64,000 nucleotides of DNA from Lytechinus pictus (lineage: Eukaryota), in NCBI RefSeq assembly GCF_037042905.1, contig NC_087245.1, positions 9,674,001-9,738,000 of the forward strand. The letters run 5' to 3'. The notes beneath the pieces were generated by a model. It was given only the letters and a program-made list of their open reading frames with translations. It was not told the origin of the DNA and ran no database searches. Positions 13,701 to 25,778 of the stretch are shown piece after piece. Made by a program: the position numbers and the translations under genes. The number at the start of each line of letters is the position of its first letter. Position 1 is the first letter of the stretch.

Positions 13701-16700
13701 TCGAATACACATTCTATTGGACTATCTGTCAAAACTAGTCCAAGTTCTCCATCAATAACATTATCATCATCTGATTTGCCTGACGATGTTGAAGGCCGTT
13801 CTCTATTCTCAAAAAGAACTGTCAGCAGTAGCATGCAGTTTCTCAGACAAGGTTTTGGACATATCAATCTTCTGTTGCTCACTGGTATGAGAATAATTTT
13901 TTATAGATGTCATGGATCAATGTCCAGAGACGGTCATTACATCACGCAATGCATATCAGCACGGTCTAGAAAGGTAATGATTGTTGCTCCGAGGCTGTGA
14001 TTTGTGTATTTGTTAACACAGCTAGCATCCTCACACATCTTCTTTGTCATGGATTCCAGTGTATTTTTTCCTACAGGAGCACTGTCCAACCACACATCAT
14101 CATCATCTTTGACTTTATCTTTTGGCCTCTTCCACATGAATTCACAAGATGGATTCAGCTTTGCAAGATACTTCTTGGCAAAGTAAACCATGCAATCTAC
14201 AAACACCCTTCGCTGCAAGTCTTGTGGTTTTGATAGTTCAAACCTGTTCTGAAGATGTTTCATGTCAGTTATGGGTGGATGATGTTTTGCACATGCCTTC
14301 CCGCTTGCCTTCACCTTCACAATTGCAGCCTTGAATACATGATTCGAAACAGGAAAGTCCTTTCCTTTGATGTTTACACCTTTGATCGACAGAAAGTGTC
14401 GCTATAAAGCAAACTTTATATACTGCGTAGTCTTCACAGAGTACACATCCCATTTATAGAACGGGCACCAGCGTAGAACCGCGACAAAAGCTTGTCTAAA
14501 TCCGCTATGCCCTGATTCGCTAAGTCTTCAAAATCAACATCAGTGTGACTGCAGTACTCTTTGAACATGGACAATCCGTATTTAATCTGTATCTGTATCG
14601 TTGAGTCAGCAAAATACTAGGATTGGCACATGACACTAACTTGATAATCTGCTTCTTTTTGTTCACGCTATTTGTAGATCAGATTGATTCTTCCAAATCC
14701 CTTGTCGTTAATCATAAATCTAGGCAAAACTTACTGTGTGGCCTTGGAGGTTGCCATTTTTGTTGTTAATGTGCAGATGATCAACGTAATTTACACACAA
14801 GTCTATGAGGCCGATATCAATAGCACTTTTCACTAAAAACTGATCAATAACAAACCTGTGACGTCAATTATGGAATTGTGCATTATTCCATTATTGATGT
14901 CACGGAATAGTAAATTTTCATCGGTGGGCATTTCATTTTCAACATCATCACAATATAGTGAGAATATGTTTGGTCACATTATGCTATTTGAACCAATAAC
15001 TTTACAGAATTTAATTTATGTAAGATTAAATAATCACTATATTTGGAATCTGTTGCATGTAAACGTAATATCAATTACTACTTAAATCTGTAGATTTTAA
15101 AGTTGATTGCTTTTTATGATTAGAGGTTTTTGATTGGCAATTGGTTAAAAATTCCTACACCTTAATTTCCTAATTTCTTGATATATGTATATTCAGAACA
15201 CTGGAATTCATACGAGAGTTCTTAAATGAGATCTTGACTGGAGAGCGAGACATGAATCTTGCAGCAAGTAAGTTATTTTCTTCTCATTCGGGCTACCTGT
15301 TTAATAATCATAGATAGATATTGATACCTTCCATATTATCACTAAATTTTATGCGTAATGTTGAAACCCTGACTGTGTATTTTCATTTGGGCTGTAAGTG
15401 GCAAACTACATTGACCATGTTAATTAAGGGATTCATTTAGCTGGTTCTCATCTACTTCCCTGCATTTAATTTTTGCAAAAGCATTATTTGTATTGCTGCA
15501 ATTTTTTTTTCTTATGCCAGTATGGTTTGTTATTTGTACAAATTTATGAATTTGAGAATTTGATTAGTATGAATTCTTGTACTCACAGTTCGCAGTGAAA
15601 AGGCAATGCGTAATACTCACGGGGAAACAGCAGCATCAATTATTTGAGATGAATGCAGGGTAATCTAGTCTGATGGCAGTATAGTTGATTGCATGTACAA
15701 GCTATGGTAGGTAAATTGGAGCCTTGTTGGGACTGGTGTATGTGCAACCAACAGCACGCAAACTTTTGCAAGTTAACATTTTCTCCTGCATAGCAGAGCA
15801 AGACTATTAGGCGCCGCTTTTCCAAAGGTGGCGATGGCGTCAACACCAAATCTTAACGGAAGGTTAAGTTTTTTAAATGACAGCATAACTTAGAAAGTAT
15901 ATGGACCTAGTTCATGAAACTTGGCCATAAGGTTAATCAAGTATTAACATCCTGCCTGAGTTTCAGGTCACATGACCAAGGTCATTTAGGGTCAATGAAC
16001 TTAGACCATGTTGGGGGAATCAACATAAAAATCTTAACCTAAGGTTAAGTTTTTGAAATGTCATCATAACTTTGAAAATATTATACAAAATAATGAATGT
16101 TTATGAGTACAATGGACAGAATACTTCATGAGGTGAAAGATGAAATGATCCATTCAGCGAGGCGTAGCCGAGTTGAATGGATCATTATTTCATCTTTCAC
16201 CAAATGAAGTATTCTGTCCATTGCACGAATGAAAAAAATTCATTATTTGGTTTATATGACACCTAAAAATTGATTTGATTTTTTTTTGTTCATATGAAAT
16301 TTATGAATTTTGAAAACATGCTCATGCAGTGCGAGTTCGGTCTGTTGATTGTTACGTCATTATAACATGCGCACTGCTGGTGCCTGCAGCTGCAGTCTCG
16401 GTGCGCGTGTGCAATGGACAAAATCGTATGGCACTATGAATTTGCACGATGAATGGATCCAAAATTGCACGGTTGATGAGGTCATTGCAAAATTGGCTAA
16501 ATGAACGATATCAAACAACCAATCAAATCACAAGGATCTATCTAGGTGTCATATAAATGGACCTAGTTCATAAAACTTGGACATAAGTTTAATCAAGTAT
16601 TACTGAACATCCAGCCTGAGTTTTGAGTCACATGACCAAGGTCAAAGGTCATTTAAGGTCAATGAACTTTGGCCAAATTGAGGGTATCTGTTGAATTACC

Positions 16701-19074
16701 ATCATAACTTTGAAAGGTTATGGATCTGATTCATGAAACTTGGACATAAGAGTAATCAAGTATCATTTAACATCCTGTGCGAGTTTCAGGTCACATGATC
16801 AAGGTCAAAGGTCATTGAACTTTGGCCATTTTGGAGGTAATTATTAGTTTGCTGTCATAACTTTCAAAGTTTATAGATATAGTTTATAAAATGTATATAG
16901 GGGTAATCAAGTATCACTGACAAGTCTTAGGTCGCATGATCAAGGTCCAATGTCATTTATTGTCAATGAACGTAGTATTGTATCATTATATGAATGGTGT
17001 TTTTTGTGAATAATTATTTTATAATAGTTTTCAAAGTCAGCACTGCTGCTATATTGAATCGTGTGATGCAGGTGAGACTGCCAGAGGCGCTCCACTTGTT
17101 TTTTCATTCATATGATTTTGTAAAATGTTTTAAAGCAAAATGATAGAGAATTTGTTCAAGTTTATCTGTTCATCTCATTTCTAATTAGCAAATGCCTATG
17201 GAAGAACTCTGAAGAGGTACCATGGATGGGTAGTACGAGGTGTATTTGCAGTAAGTATTCATATATTTGTATTCTATGTAAATTGTATCTCCAGTTTTTA
17301 TGCCTCCACCCATTGTAGGTAGCTGGTGGAGGCAGACAAGCATTACTGTTTATTTGAATATAGGATAAAAGAGCACTGTTGATTAAATGTCTTGCTCACG
17401 GGCATAGGTGTCATGGCTTGGGAATTGAACACACTTTTTGTGTGTCTGGCCAGGCGCCTTAGACCACACAGCCACGGCGTCCTGTGTTTGTTCTTGCAAT
17501 AATGAAAGAACCGTCTGACAACTCAACTTCAAATTTAGTTCAAGCATAAATAAAGAAAGGAGGTCAGAGATCACAGAGGTCATTATTTCAAAATGTTAGA
17601 ATTAGGTGTTTAATATTTTGTTATCTGGCATTTGGAGAGGCATTAATTCAGACTGTGTGCAGTCAACACGCATCCTAGTGATCTTGTTTAATGATGTTAT
17701 TGAATTATATTATTAACGTTATTGCAAGAATTTTATTTTTTGTATTTTTTTTTGTTAAATCCAAATGTTAAGAGATGGGGCTTCAGCCTTAGAATTATCT
17801 GATCATGAATTTCCAAAATGTTGTATCTGCATTTAAAAGAAAATTACTTTCTGAAGTGATTTATAACTGGGGAGTGGTAAACTCCTGTTTCAAAATAATC
17901 TAAGTTCCATTATATTGAATGTCACAATGTCACATTGTTATCATTATATAGAAAGCCTGTATTCAGATAGGAAATCACTTGATAGATATATTTGTAATGA
18001 AAACAACAGAAAGTTGCATTTCCCCAAAAAATGAAGGTACAAGGTCTTGATACACAGCCAGGTTATGTTCCACTAAAGTTCAGATGAACAAAAAAAATTG
18101 TAATTTTTTGTACTAATGAGATTGAAGCTAGAATAAAGCTTGGTTAAGATTCAATATTGTGAATGATATCTGACTATCTATATTCTAAAACTATTGAATG
18201 CACATTGACCATTACACCATTGTTCATTTAAAAATTCTTTGTGAAAATTTGCATTTGTCAATTAAAACAGATTGAGCATCATTTTCATTGTCTTTATTAT
18301 GTCTTGTATTGAGCTAAAGTACTATTTATTTAAAAAAAATGAATTCTGCTATTTAAAAAGATTGGTCACCTATTTTCAGTGTCTTCTTTCAAAACACTTA
18401 TTACGCAGTTTGTATCAATGTAACATATGTCAAATGTTATATACAAAGCTTATACATGTATATCCTGAGATTTTCTTCCCATCCCATGATTGAGAGCCTG
18501 GAGGTCCTTTGCATTGAAAAAAAGAAATTAACAAATTATTTAGGACCCATTTTTTTTTTACCCAATGCTACGGTCACAGATACCTTTACGGACGATTCCA
18601 TACCATTTTTTGCCATGTATAAAGATGTTTGTACGCTGTAGGTAAAGTTATTTGTTACCATAGCATGACCATAGCAGTAGACAATTGTAGCTTTTACCCT
18701 TTACATTTATTTCAATTACTAGATTGATTATTTTGCATGTCTCTTTAGACATATTATTCTTCAGCTTAATATCATACATTGAAATTAAGTGTTAGATATA
18801 TATGTTTTATATTTTCAAAATGAATATTCTTCAGATAAACTCAATTTTCCCACTTTGATGAACATTCTTTTGACAGCTTGCAGCCAAGGCTGTCCCTACC
18901 ATAGAGTACTTCCTTCAGTTCTTAGCAGTGAACAAAGAAGATGCAGAGAGAGATGACTTTGAGAACATCATCTTTGCAGACCTGAAGGAGTGTGTAACAG
19001 CACTCACCAAACTCACAACCATTCTCAAAGATCATTATGAAGCAGGTAGTCTGGAGTCAGATGAGATCGTATGA
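1597..19074 (+). CDS. PLEKHA8: PLEKHA8/FAPP2 (PH domain + glycolipid transfer protein domain), 5'-partial; join(1597-1713,2282-2437,3674-3798,5815-5976,6951-6991,9279-9572,10037-10122,11227-11285,12153-12283,15197-15267,17189-17250,18877-19074)
   Basis: All 12 exons have AG/GT boundaries and chain in phase (1502 nt, entering in phase 1). PH motifs [33 protein letters not shown] motifs [42 protein letters not shown]-terminus LESDEIV*. Exon 1 is not in the window. Confidence 0.96.
2282..2437 (+). CDS. PLEKHA8: PLEKHA8 exon (PH domain)
   Basis: tgcag|[20 protein letters not shown]...[17 protein letters not shown]|gtcagt. Confidence 0.95.
2951..3480. mobile_element. Non-autonomous TIR element with 6-bp TSD (hAT-like)
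   Basis: TIR cagagctgccaagt / acttggcagctctg; ATAGGT at 2945-2950 and 3481-3486. Confidence 0.88.
3674..3798 (+). CDS. PLEKHA8: PLEKHA8 exon
   Basis: gtag|[25 protein letters not shown]...PDIE|gtgtgg. Confidence 0.93.
4594..4975. mobile_element. Kolobok-like MITE
   Basis: TTAA on both sides, AG...CT termini, imperfect TIR aggtaaatgccagttg. Confidence 0.65.
5355..5725. repeat. Degenerate (ATC/ACC/ATT)n trinucleotide tract
   Basis: Directly visible; explains the Ile/Thr and Met/Val spurious ORFs. Confidence 0.9.
5815..5976 (+). CDS. PLEKHA8: PLEKHA8 exon
   Basis: taag|[27 protein letters not shown]...FSDK|gtttgt. Confidence 0.9.
6449..6582. mobile_element. Short PIF/Harbinger-like MITE (relatives near 4371-4500, 57388-57544, 59280-59400)
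   Basis: TIR ggacatttcatgaaag / ctttcttgaaacagtctc, CAG on both sides, shared core ttttgattggctg. Confidence 0.7.
6951..6991 (+). CDS. PLEKHA8: PLEKHA8 41-nt small exon (linker)
   Basis: Long pyrimidine tract, ttag|[13 protein letters not shown](R)|gtaagt; bridges phase 0 to phase 2. Confidence 0.85.
7519..9090 (+). mobile_element. 5'-truncated non-LTR retrotransposon (L2/CR1 group, Crack/Daphne-like): RT domain, 3' UTR, (AAATC)n tail
   Basis: [56 protein letters not shown]; one in-frame TAA at 8379-8381, ORF end 8816; tail 9069-9090. Confidence 0.95.
9279..9572 (+). CDS. PLEKHA8: PLEKHA8 exon (Ser/Pro/Thr-rich linker)
   Basis: cccag|YTPHSANK...[11 protein letters not shown]...[10 protein letters not shown]|gtaagt. 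Confidence 0.85.
10037..10122 (+). CDS. PLEKHA8: PLEKHA8 exon (GLTP domain)
   Basis: ttcag|[28 protein letters not shown]|gtaagt. Confidence 0.93.
11227..11285 (+). CDS. PLEKHA8: PLEKHA8 exon (GLTP domain)
   Basis: atag|[20 protein letters not shown]|gtaaga. Confidence 0.95.
12153..12283 (+). CDS. PLEKHA8: PLEKHA8 exon (GLTP domain)
   Basis: atag|[20 protein letters not shown]...[10 protein letters not shown]|gtacag. Confidence 0.95.
12458..13007. mobile_element. Kolobok-like MITE, right end decayed
   Basis: TTAA+aggggtactccaggctga, partial inverted match tcagcccagagta; internally similar to 20731-22359. Confidence 0.6.
13860..14905 (-). mobile_element. Decayed Crypton-type tyrosine recombinase transposon (DUF3504-like)
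   Basis: Minus strand: [13 protein letters not shown]...[10 protein letters not shown], then shifted frame [16 protein letters not shown]; frameshifts and stops; boundaries uncertain. Confidence 0.85.
15197..15267 (+). CDS. PLEKHA8: PLEKHA8 exon (GLTP domain)
   Basis: ttcag|[24 protein letters not shown]|gtaagt. Confidence 0.93.
15779..17098 (+). mobile_element. Helentron/DINE-1-like non-autonomous element with internal tandem repeats
   Basis: T-rich flanks, sub-terminal IR tctcctgca / tgcaggtgaga, repeated units catgaaacttgg...ggtcacatgaccaaggtcaaaggtca; inverted copy at 41566-42525. Confidence 0.75.
16081..16556. mobile_element. Non-autonomous hairpin element (Crypton-like) nested in the Helentron-like repeat
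   Basis: Interrupts host unit gaaaata|tggacctag; about 75-bp-arm hairpin with apex cgaggcgtagccgag; ttatatgacacct / aggtgtcatataa inverted pair. Confidence 0.7.
17189..17250 (+). CDS. PLEKHA8: PLEKHA8 exon (GLTP domain)
   Basis: ttag|[21 protein letters not shown]|gtaagt. Confidence 0.95.
17300..17480 (-). mobile_element. Decayed tRNA-derived SINE
   Basis: Minus strand: A box tggctgtgtggtctaagg, B box gttcaattcc, core gcccgtgagcaagacattta. Confidence 0.65.
18877..19074 (+). CDS. PLEKHA8: PLEKHA8 last coding exon
   Basis: acag|[17 protein letters not shown]...[16 protein letters not shown]. Confidence 0.95.
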   Translation, partial: LAAKAVPTIEYFLQFLAVNKEDAERDDFENIIFADLKECVTALTKLTTILKDHYEAGSLESDEIV

Positions 19075-20990
19075 TGTGGGTTTTTTTGTGTATGTTTAAT
19101 GAATTGTTGATTTTGTGTGTACTTGTTGTGTTTACACTTGTGTAAATACAGCCGACATATAAATTGAAGGCTTCTAGAAATATTTAAATCATCCAGAGTT
19201 AAGATTATATTTCTTTTAATCATGCATTTGGAATATCATGTTGACTATTTCAATTAAATTTATTTATATTTAACCTGTCCTTTTGATTTTAGTATTATAT
19301 ATGAATTTATTAGATGAAATATTTCTAATTTTTACACATCTGTCCACTGTATTGAGGCATGCTTCCTGGGAGGGGGTTATATTTCATACAGTTGTTTGTA
19401 ATTTATGAACAACTTTAGGAAAGACTGGTACCCATTCTTGTTCTTAATTAAGGTTTGATTGCCATTAGTTTAATCTGCTATTTGTATATTGAAATTCCTT
19501 TCAAAAGCATCTGATTGCAAAGTTTTCTAATTGTCACAATCCTATTAGAGTGGAAATTCAGTCCCACTTTGTTGAAAAACCGATATTAGTTTCAGCTATC
19601 TCTTACGCACAAGAACTGGTCTGTCGTCATCTGTAAAGTCATGTATAAAGTCAAGTTAAACTTACAGAAGCTCTATGAAACATTGCTATGGTCATCGGTC
19701 CATACCTACCATTATCATAACTGAGAAATCTCATGGCAGTTCAACTTCAAACTAGTCTCATATGCTATGCATATAGGAATGATAGTGATCTGATGAGGAT
19801 TTCAAGATTAAAGGTTTCATAGGTCATATAACATAAGGTCCTTGCATCTAAAGAAATGTTTCCTGTATCAACTTCAAACCTGTTTTATGTGTAATTCTGT
19901 ATTAGACTGACAGTATGAATTACATTATATGCCTGAAAATTGTTGAAGGTTAATATGTATTATGTTTTAGACCTAGCAATGGTGTTGGCATATATTTTGA
20001 ATGCATGCAGCCAAGAATAATCCGTCTACTTTTATTTTTTGCTTTTTAACATGTCTTACATTCAAATACATTTGAAACAAATCGATCCTATTTAAATGTT
20101 CGTATACATGTATGATTTTCCATGTATATAAATTTCTTTACAATACTGTTTTTTTTTAATAGTAGCTTGTTTGCTTACTTTCATTGCTTATGTAACAGTC
20201 ATGTGACTCTAATACATTTTTTTAGATTGTACCCTAAACTTGAGGGTGTAATACTTGTCAATGTTTTTACAAGTAATAACTCATGCTCTGTGTCATGTTG
20301 GCCTTTTCCAATACCTTAATGTAGAAGATAAACCTATTAAAAGAGAACTGGCCTGAATTTGTATACTTGATTGTTTGTAGGACAAACATTGAACTTACAC
20401 ATGACTAACATACATTTGTCCTTTATACTAGTAAGTGAGTCACTTACAGATGATTTGTTTCAAAGTTTTAATGGCTAAAAGGAAATTATCTTGCAGTTTC
20501 TTTTGTAAGTAATCCCTGTTTGTTTGTTTTTTTTTTCATAGTAGATTTATGCAAATTATGGAGGCTTGTCCGTGAACATACTTTCACCCATATTGATTTG
20601 ATAACTTCCCTTTGAAATTCAGAGAATTGTTTTCAGATCTATACGAGAGCTTATATTACATGTATAATTTATGTGCCATTTATTGTATTTATTGCATTTA
20701 TGTTTCATTGTGAATCACTTGTCATTTAAACTTCATTTCCACCCCAGAAAAATGTTGATTTGAATAAATAGAGAAAAATCAAATTAGCATAAATCTGAAA
20801 ATTTCATCAAAATCAGATGTAAAATACGAAAGTTATGACATTTTAAAGTTTCGCTTATTTTTTACAAAACAGTGATATGCATAACTCAGTGACATGCAAA
20901 TGAGACAGTCGATGATGTCCCTCACTATTTCTTTTGTTTTTTATTGTTTGAATTATACAATATTTCATTTTTTAACAGATTTGACAATAA

Positions 20991-22020
20991 CAGGGTTCCC
21001 AGCCCATCAGGGAAAATAATTTTACTTTTTTCCAGTCAGGGAAAAAATCAGGGAATTTGATAGAAAATACCTCAAATAAGGGGAAAATGCCTCAAAAAGG
21101 GGAAAATCAGAAAATTTTGATCAGCCCAAAAGTGGAAAGCAGGGTAGTCAGTCAGACTCTGTTATATTTTTTGCATATGAAAGTGGCATCTTTAACATAG
21201 TGTGTTGTAATTTAATGATATATACTAGGATTGCCTTGAATCAACCGCTTTCTGTATAAGATGAGGAAAGGTTGGCTGTATGGGGAGCAGGCACGCCGGA
21301 ACACTTTCAGTTTTAGGGGGGCAAAATCCAGAAGGGGGCACAATATTTTTGACAACGTGAGATACCGAAGCGATCGAGCGGGAGAGGGTGTGGGACCCCC
21401 CACGGTAAGGACTTTGTGTAAAAATGGAGTATAAAAGTTGCGTTTCTAAGAAGCCGACACAGCCTGCATGCATTGGTGAACCACTTTCAATTTGCCATTC
21501 GGTTTTAGTCTGAAATGTATTCATTAAAAGATTAAACGTTATCACACTGTAATAAGATGGAAAAGGGGCTTATCAAAGGTATGTTTCACAGAGGGACATG
21601 TTTGTTAAAAGACGCGGGGCTTACTGTGATATGTAATTGCCCCGTCGGCGAAATTTTTCCATTTTTGACAATGGAAATGACAATTTTTAGGCAGAAAAGT
21701 GCCTTCATCGTTTACTTTTGTCCTTAAAAAATTTATAATTTTTCTCCTTTTAGGGGGGGCACATTGGGGGGGGCAAAATCTCGTTTTGCCCCCCCCCCCA
21801 ATTTTATTTGGGGGGCAAGTGCCCCCCGCTTCCGGTGCCCTTGATGGGGAGAAAGGAGTCCATTATATGCCTGTGTAATAGTACTAATTAGTTTTACATT
21901 ATTGTTTTTATACTGAAAATAAATGTGATTCACTGAAACAATTTAGAAAACATGCAAAACTGGGAATGGGTATAAATAATTATCAGGGAATTTTGTTTTC
22001 TTGAAAAGCTGGGAACCCTG
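20991..22020. mobile_element. TIR element with probable 5-bp TSD (hAT-like)
   Basis: Perfect TIR cagggttcccagc / gctgggaaccctg; flanks aataa / agtaa. Confidence 0.8.
21288..21843. mobile_element. hAT-like MITE, 8-bp TSD
   Basis: ATGGGGAG at 21280-21287 and 21844-21851; G/C-run subterminal blocks. Confidence 0.88.
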
Positions 22021-24482
22021 AGTAAGGACCAACTTGACTGAACCATATGGTATCAAATTCTACATGTTCAGGAAGGAATCAAACATTGTTTCACTTGACA
22101 ATGAGGAGAAAATTAGAATATTGATATTTCGTATAATAAAATACAAAAGAAAGAGTGAGTGGATGACGTCATCAGTCTCCTCATTCGCATACCGACTAGG
22201 ATGTGCATATAACTGGTTTTGTGAAATTAAGCAAAATTTTAAAATGTCGTAACTTTCTTATTTTACATTTGATTTTGATGGAATTTTCAGTGTTATATAT
22301 GCTTTTTGTATTTTTCTCTTTTTATTCAAATCAACTTCCTGTTGGGTTGGACTTGTCCTTAAAGTGTTAATATGTTATGATACATTTATATGATAATATT
22401 TTTTCAGACCTTATGTGAGACTATATCAGTAGTCAATTCACTGTTATTAATTCAAAATAATTGTTGAAATGTTTTTCATGGATTATATTTTATCAATCTT
22501 TATTGCAATATTGCTGAACAACGAATGACGTTGGAGAGATTATTGAATTAAATGTTTACATTAAACACAAACAAGGTTGGATTGTGGGTTTATGTAAAAT
22601 TTGATATACAGATTTACAATATGGGATAATATTAATATACATGTAAAGGTGATTCTCCCTAAGTCAAATCTCTTTGGATCACTCAAGCGAAATTTCACTT
22701 AAAAGGTTTTGTTTACACCTGTTTTGCATATTCCGATGTGGTTCATAGAAATTATAATCATAAAAACACCCTATAAGTATTGGTTACTGAGGAAAATGTT
22801 ACCTAGCAACCATTGCTATGGTGCTCATTGGGTCTACCTATCGAAACGTTCATCACATAAGGAATCTATGGGCCAAAATTAATTTCTGAGCTCTTCTGAG
22901 CAAATTATAATGATCTGAACTTTGATGGAAAAAGGGTCCCTTTATTAGCAACAGTTGCTATGAATAAATGGATCAAAACTGTTGTGATACAAAGGAATGT
23001 GCTTTAGATTAAAATTAATGTGACATATTGCTTGTGAAACTGTTCCTCAAGCCTAAAAAAGCTCATGCAGTTACTGAGGTAAATATGTTACCTAGTAACC
23101 GTTGCTATATTTTGGAAACTCACGTTGGCACCCCCTGCTGAAAATGTTTAGAATAACCTACTCTACCTTGGTGCCAGTTTTCATGCTTGTACCATTTTCT
23201 GTATATTTTTTCACCAATCACCTAGACTAGTAGTCCATTTACAAATTGGTGACGAACGTTGCGCTCCAACGGAGATGGTATATGCTGATGATACTGGTTG
23301 GGCATGTCATCAAATGACCCCCAAAACAAATGTTGTGAAACATGACAATGAAAAGAAGGAGAAGAACAACAAGAGGAAGAAGATGAGGAAGAAGGAGGAG
23401 GGGAGAGGAGAAGGAGGATATATGAAACTGAGCTTTTTTATTGGGGAAAAAAATCAAACCATAATTTGCAGCGTTCAAAAAGGAAGTGAATGACGGTTTA
23501 TCAATGAGGCAGGTCAAACAATACTGTCATGACATTGAAGTTGCTCAAATACAACCAATGACTCTGATTTCTATTTGAACGACAGAAGAGATAGTGAATT
23601 CACTATGTAAATATTCCTTGTGCAAATAGCTAGTGTTAAGGTTATTCGACGTGACTTTGCGTGGGGGCGGAAATAACGATTCATATAATTATTATGTTAC
23701 AGAAAGTATTCTTATTCAGGGGCAGACCCAACTTTCGCCAATGGGGGGGGGGGGTCGAAACAAATTTTCACTCATATTTTTCCCGATCAGCCGCTCAAAA
23801 TAGATTTTTGTTTCTTTGAAGGTGTAGTCCTTACAGTCACTATAGCTTTATTCTTTAAAAACAACATAAATATATAATCTCATTAAATAGTGCTAGCGCA
23901 AACTAATTTTTTGGGGGGAAATTTCATGTATTTTGTCCTGAAATTTAACATATTTCTGGGCAATGTTTGTGATCCTGAACAACATACGAATGTAACTAAA
24001 TAATCACTGCGAGTGCAAATAGCGAGCAGAAAGTTTTGATATACATTCTAGCCTGATCGAAACGGGGGCTTATAAGGACTGTTTGCTGTTAGCTATGAAG
24101 ACAACACATATTTCAAAAATTAAACAATGCGAGCGCGAAGCGCTTGCTGAAAATTTTTGACGTTCTGACCTAAAAATGGAATTCTAAGCACTTTTTTGCA
24201 ATCATTAACAGGATAGGTGCATAACTAAACGATTGATGAGCGCGCGAAGCGCGAGCGGATTTTTTTTCTTCTATATTTAGACCTAAAAACGGAACACACT
24301 ATTCATGCTTTGTAAATGATGAAAACTTGGAAATTGTGTATCTTGCTACATACATAATGCGAGCGCCAAAAGCGAGCAGAAAATGTTTGATATTCTGATC
24401 TTAAACTGGATAATTTAAGCACGTTTTGAATAAAGAACAAGCTGCGCATCTCAAAGATGCGCGAGTTCTAGATTTATACCTG

Positions 24483-24750
24483 GGCTCCGTCTTACAAAGA
24501 GTTATGATTGATCCAATCAATCATAAGTCTATGGAAATCGATCAGTTTCATAATTTTTTCTACAGGAAATTCGCAGACTGTCCTTTGTAAACAAAGGAGA
24601 ACACACCAAATTGTCAAGAAATTAATTTATGGATATACAATCATATCTAGATTTTTTTTTTAACAATCATGCTTTTTATATGTTGACTTTGCTGGCTTTC
24701 CATAGTTACGATTGATTTTGATCAAACGTAACTCTTTGTAAGATGGGGCC
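24483..24750. mobile_element. PIF/Harbinger-like MITE
   Basis: About 55-bp TIRs (ggctccgtcttacaaagagtta...), CTG on both sides. Confidence 0.85.
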
Positions 24751-25198
24751 CTGGTATCTGGGCATTCTGAATACAATTTTTATCATGAAAATCAATAATA
24801 ATGTGAACGCGATCGAAGCGCGAGCTGAACATACTTGATATTTTTCCGATCTGAAAAGGGTCAATTTAAGTACAATTTCAAGCACCGGGTAGGAAAATTG
24901 TGAAATGGATATGGATTGCACTTAATAAATGATGCGAGCGCGAAGTGCGAGCTGATATTTTTTGGTATCATTTTGACCTAGGACTGGGACATTCTAATAA
25001 CATTTCTCATCATATGAAAATGATGACTATCGCCCTACTCTTCCTAAGCCCGAGATAAAACTTGTAGGTATTGCATAAAAAAATGGACACTTCAATGATA
25101 TAGGAATCAATAAAGATGTTATCGTATTTATTAATCTAATAAGCCTAGTGAGAGCGCAAAATTTGTTGATATCAAGGCCTGAAAATTTGACATTTTAA

Positions 25199-25778
25199 AG
25201 GAGAATGAAACCCTTGAAACCAGCTGAATCCATATCAAAAAGAAAAATCAAAGAAACATATTGTTGAAAGTTTGAGGAAGATTGAATGAATAATAAAGTT
25301 ATGAGCATTTGAATATTGAGATCACTAATGCCATGTAGATCCTCCCATTGGCAATGCGACCAAGATCTGTGATGTCACACACGTACAACTCCCTCATTAC
25401 TTTAGTACTTATTTCACTTATATTCTCTTTTTTATAGTCTATCACAAGGTGATGTGTTCTCTTTATGAGAGGACAAGTACAGAGGTTTCACAACATTATA
25501 TAATTGATGAATCGTTTGTCATATGATTAGAATGAGCAAAAAGAGATGTTTTGGGGTATATTTTCAGTGTCCAACAGGGGAGAGTTGTTCATCTGTGACA
25601 TCATGATCTTGGTCGCATTGCCAATAGGAGGATCTCCATAGCATTAGTGATCTCGACATTCAAATGCTCATAACTCTTCTATTGCTAGTCCTATTTTACT
25701 CAAACTTTTGTTGATCTTATATTCTTTGATTTTTCTGCTTTCACAAAAGCTAACTTGCCCCAAGAGTTTCATTCTCCT
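25199..25778. mobile_element. Kolobok-like MITE
   Basis: TTAA TSD, TIR aggagaatgaaac / gtttcattctcct, long internal inverted repeat (about 25297-25378 vs 25594-25674). Confidence 0.85.

Larger units (their letters stand above)
20731..22359. mobile_element. Kolobok-like MITE hosting two nested insertions
   Basis: Inverted ends ccacccca..gttgatttgaataaa / tttattcaaatcaac..gggttggacttgtcc+TTAA. Confidence 0.7.

Noticed and set aside
13607..14233. Overlapping ORFs around the Crypton fragment
   Set aside because: Antisense or shifted-frame by-products of the decayed recombinase gene
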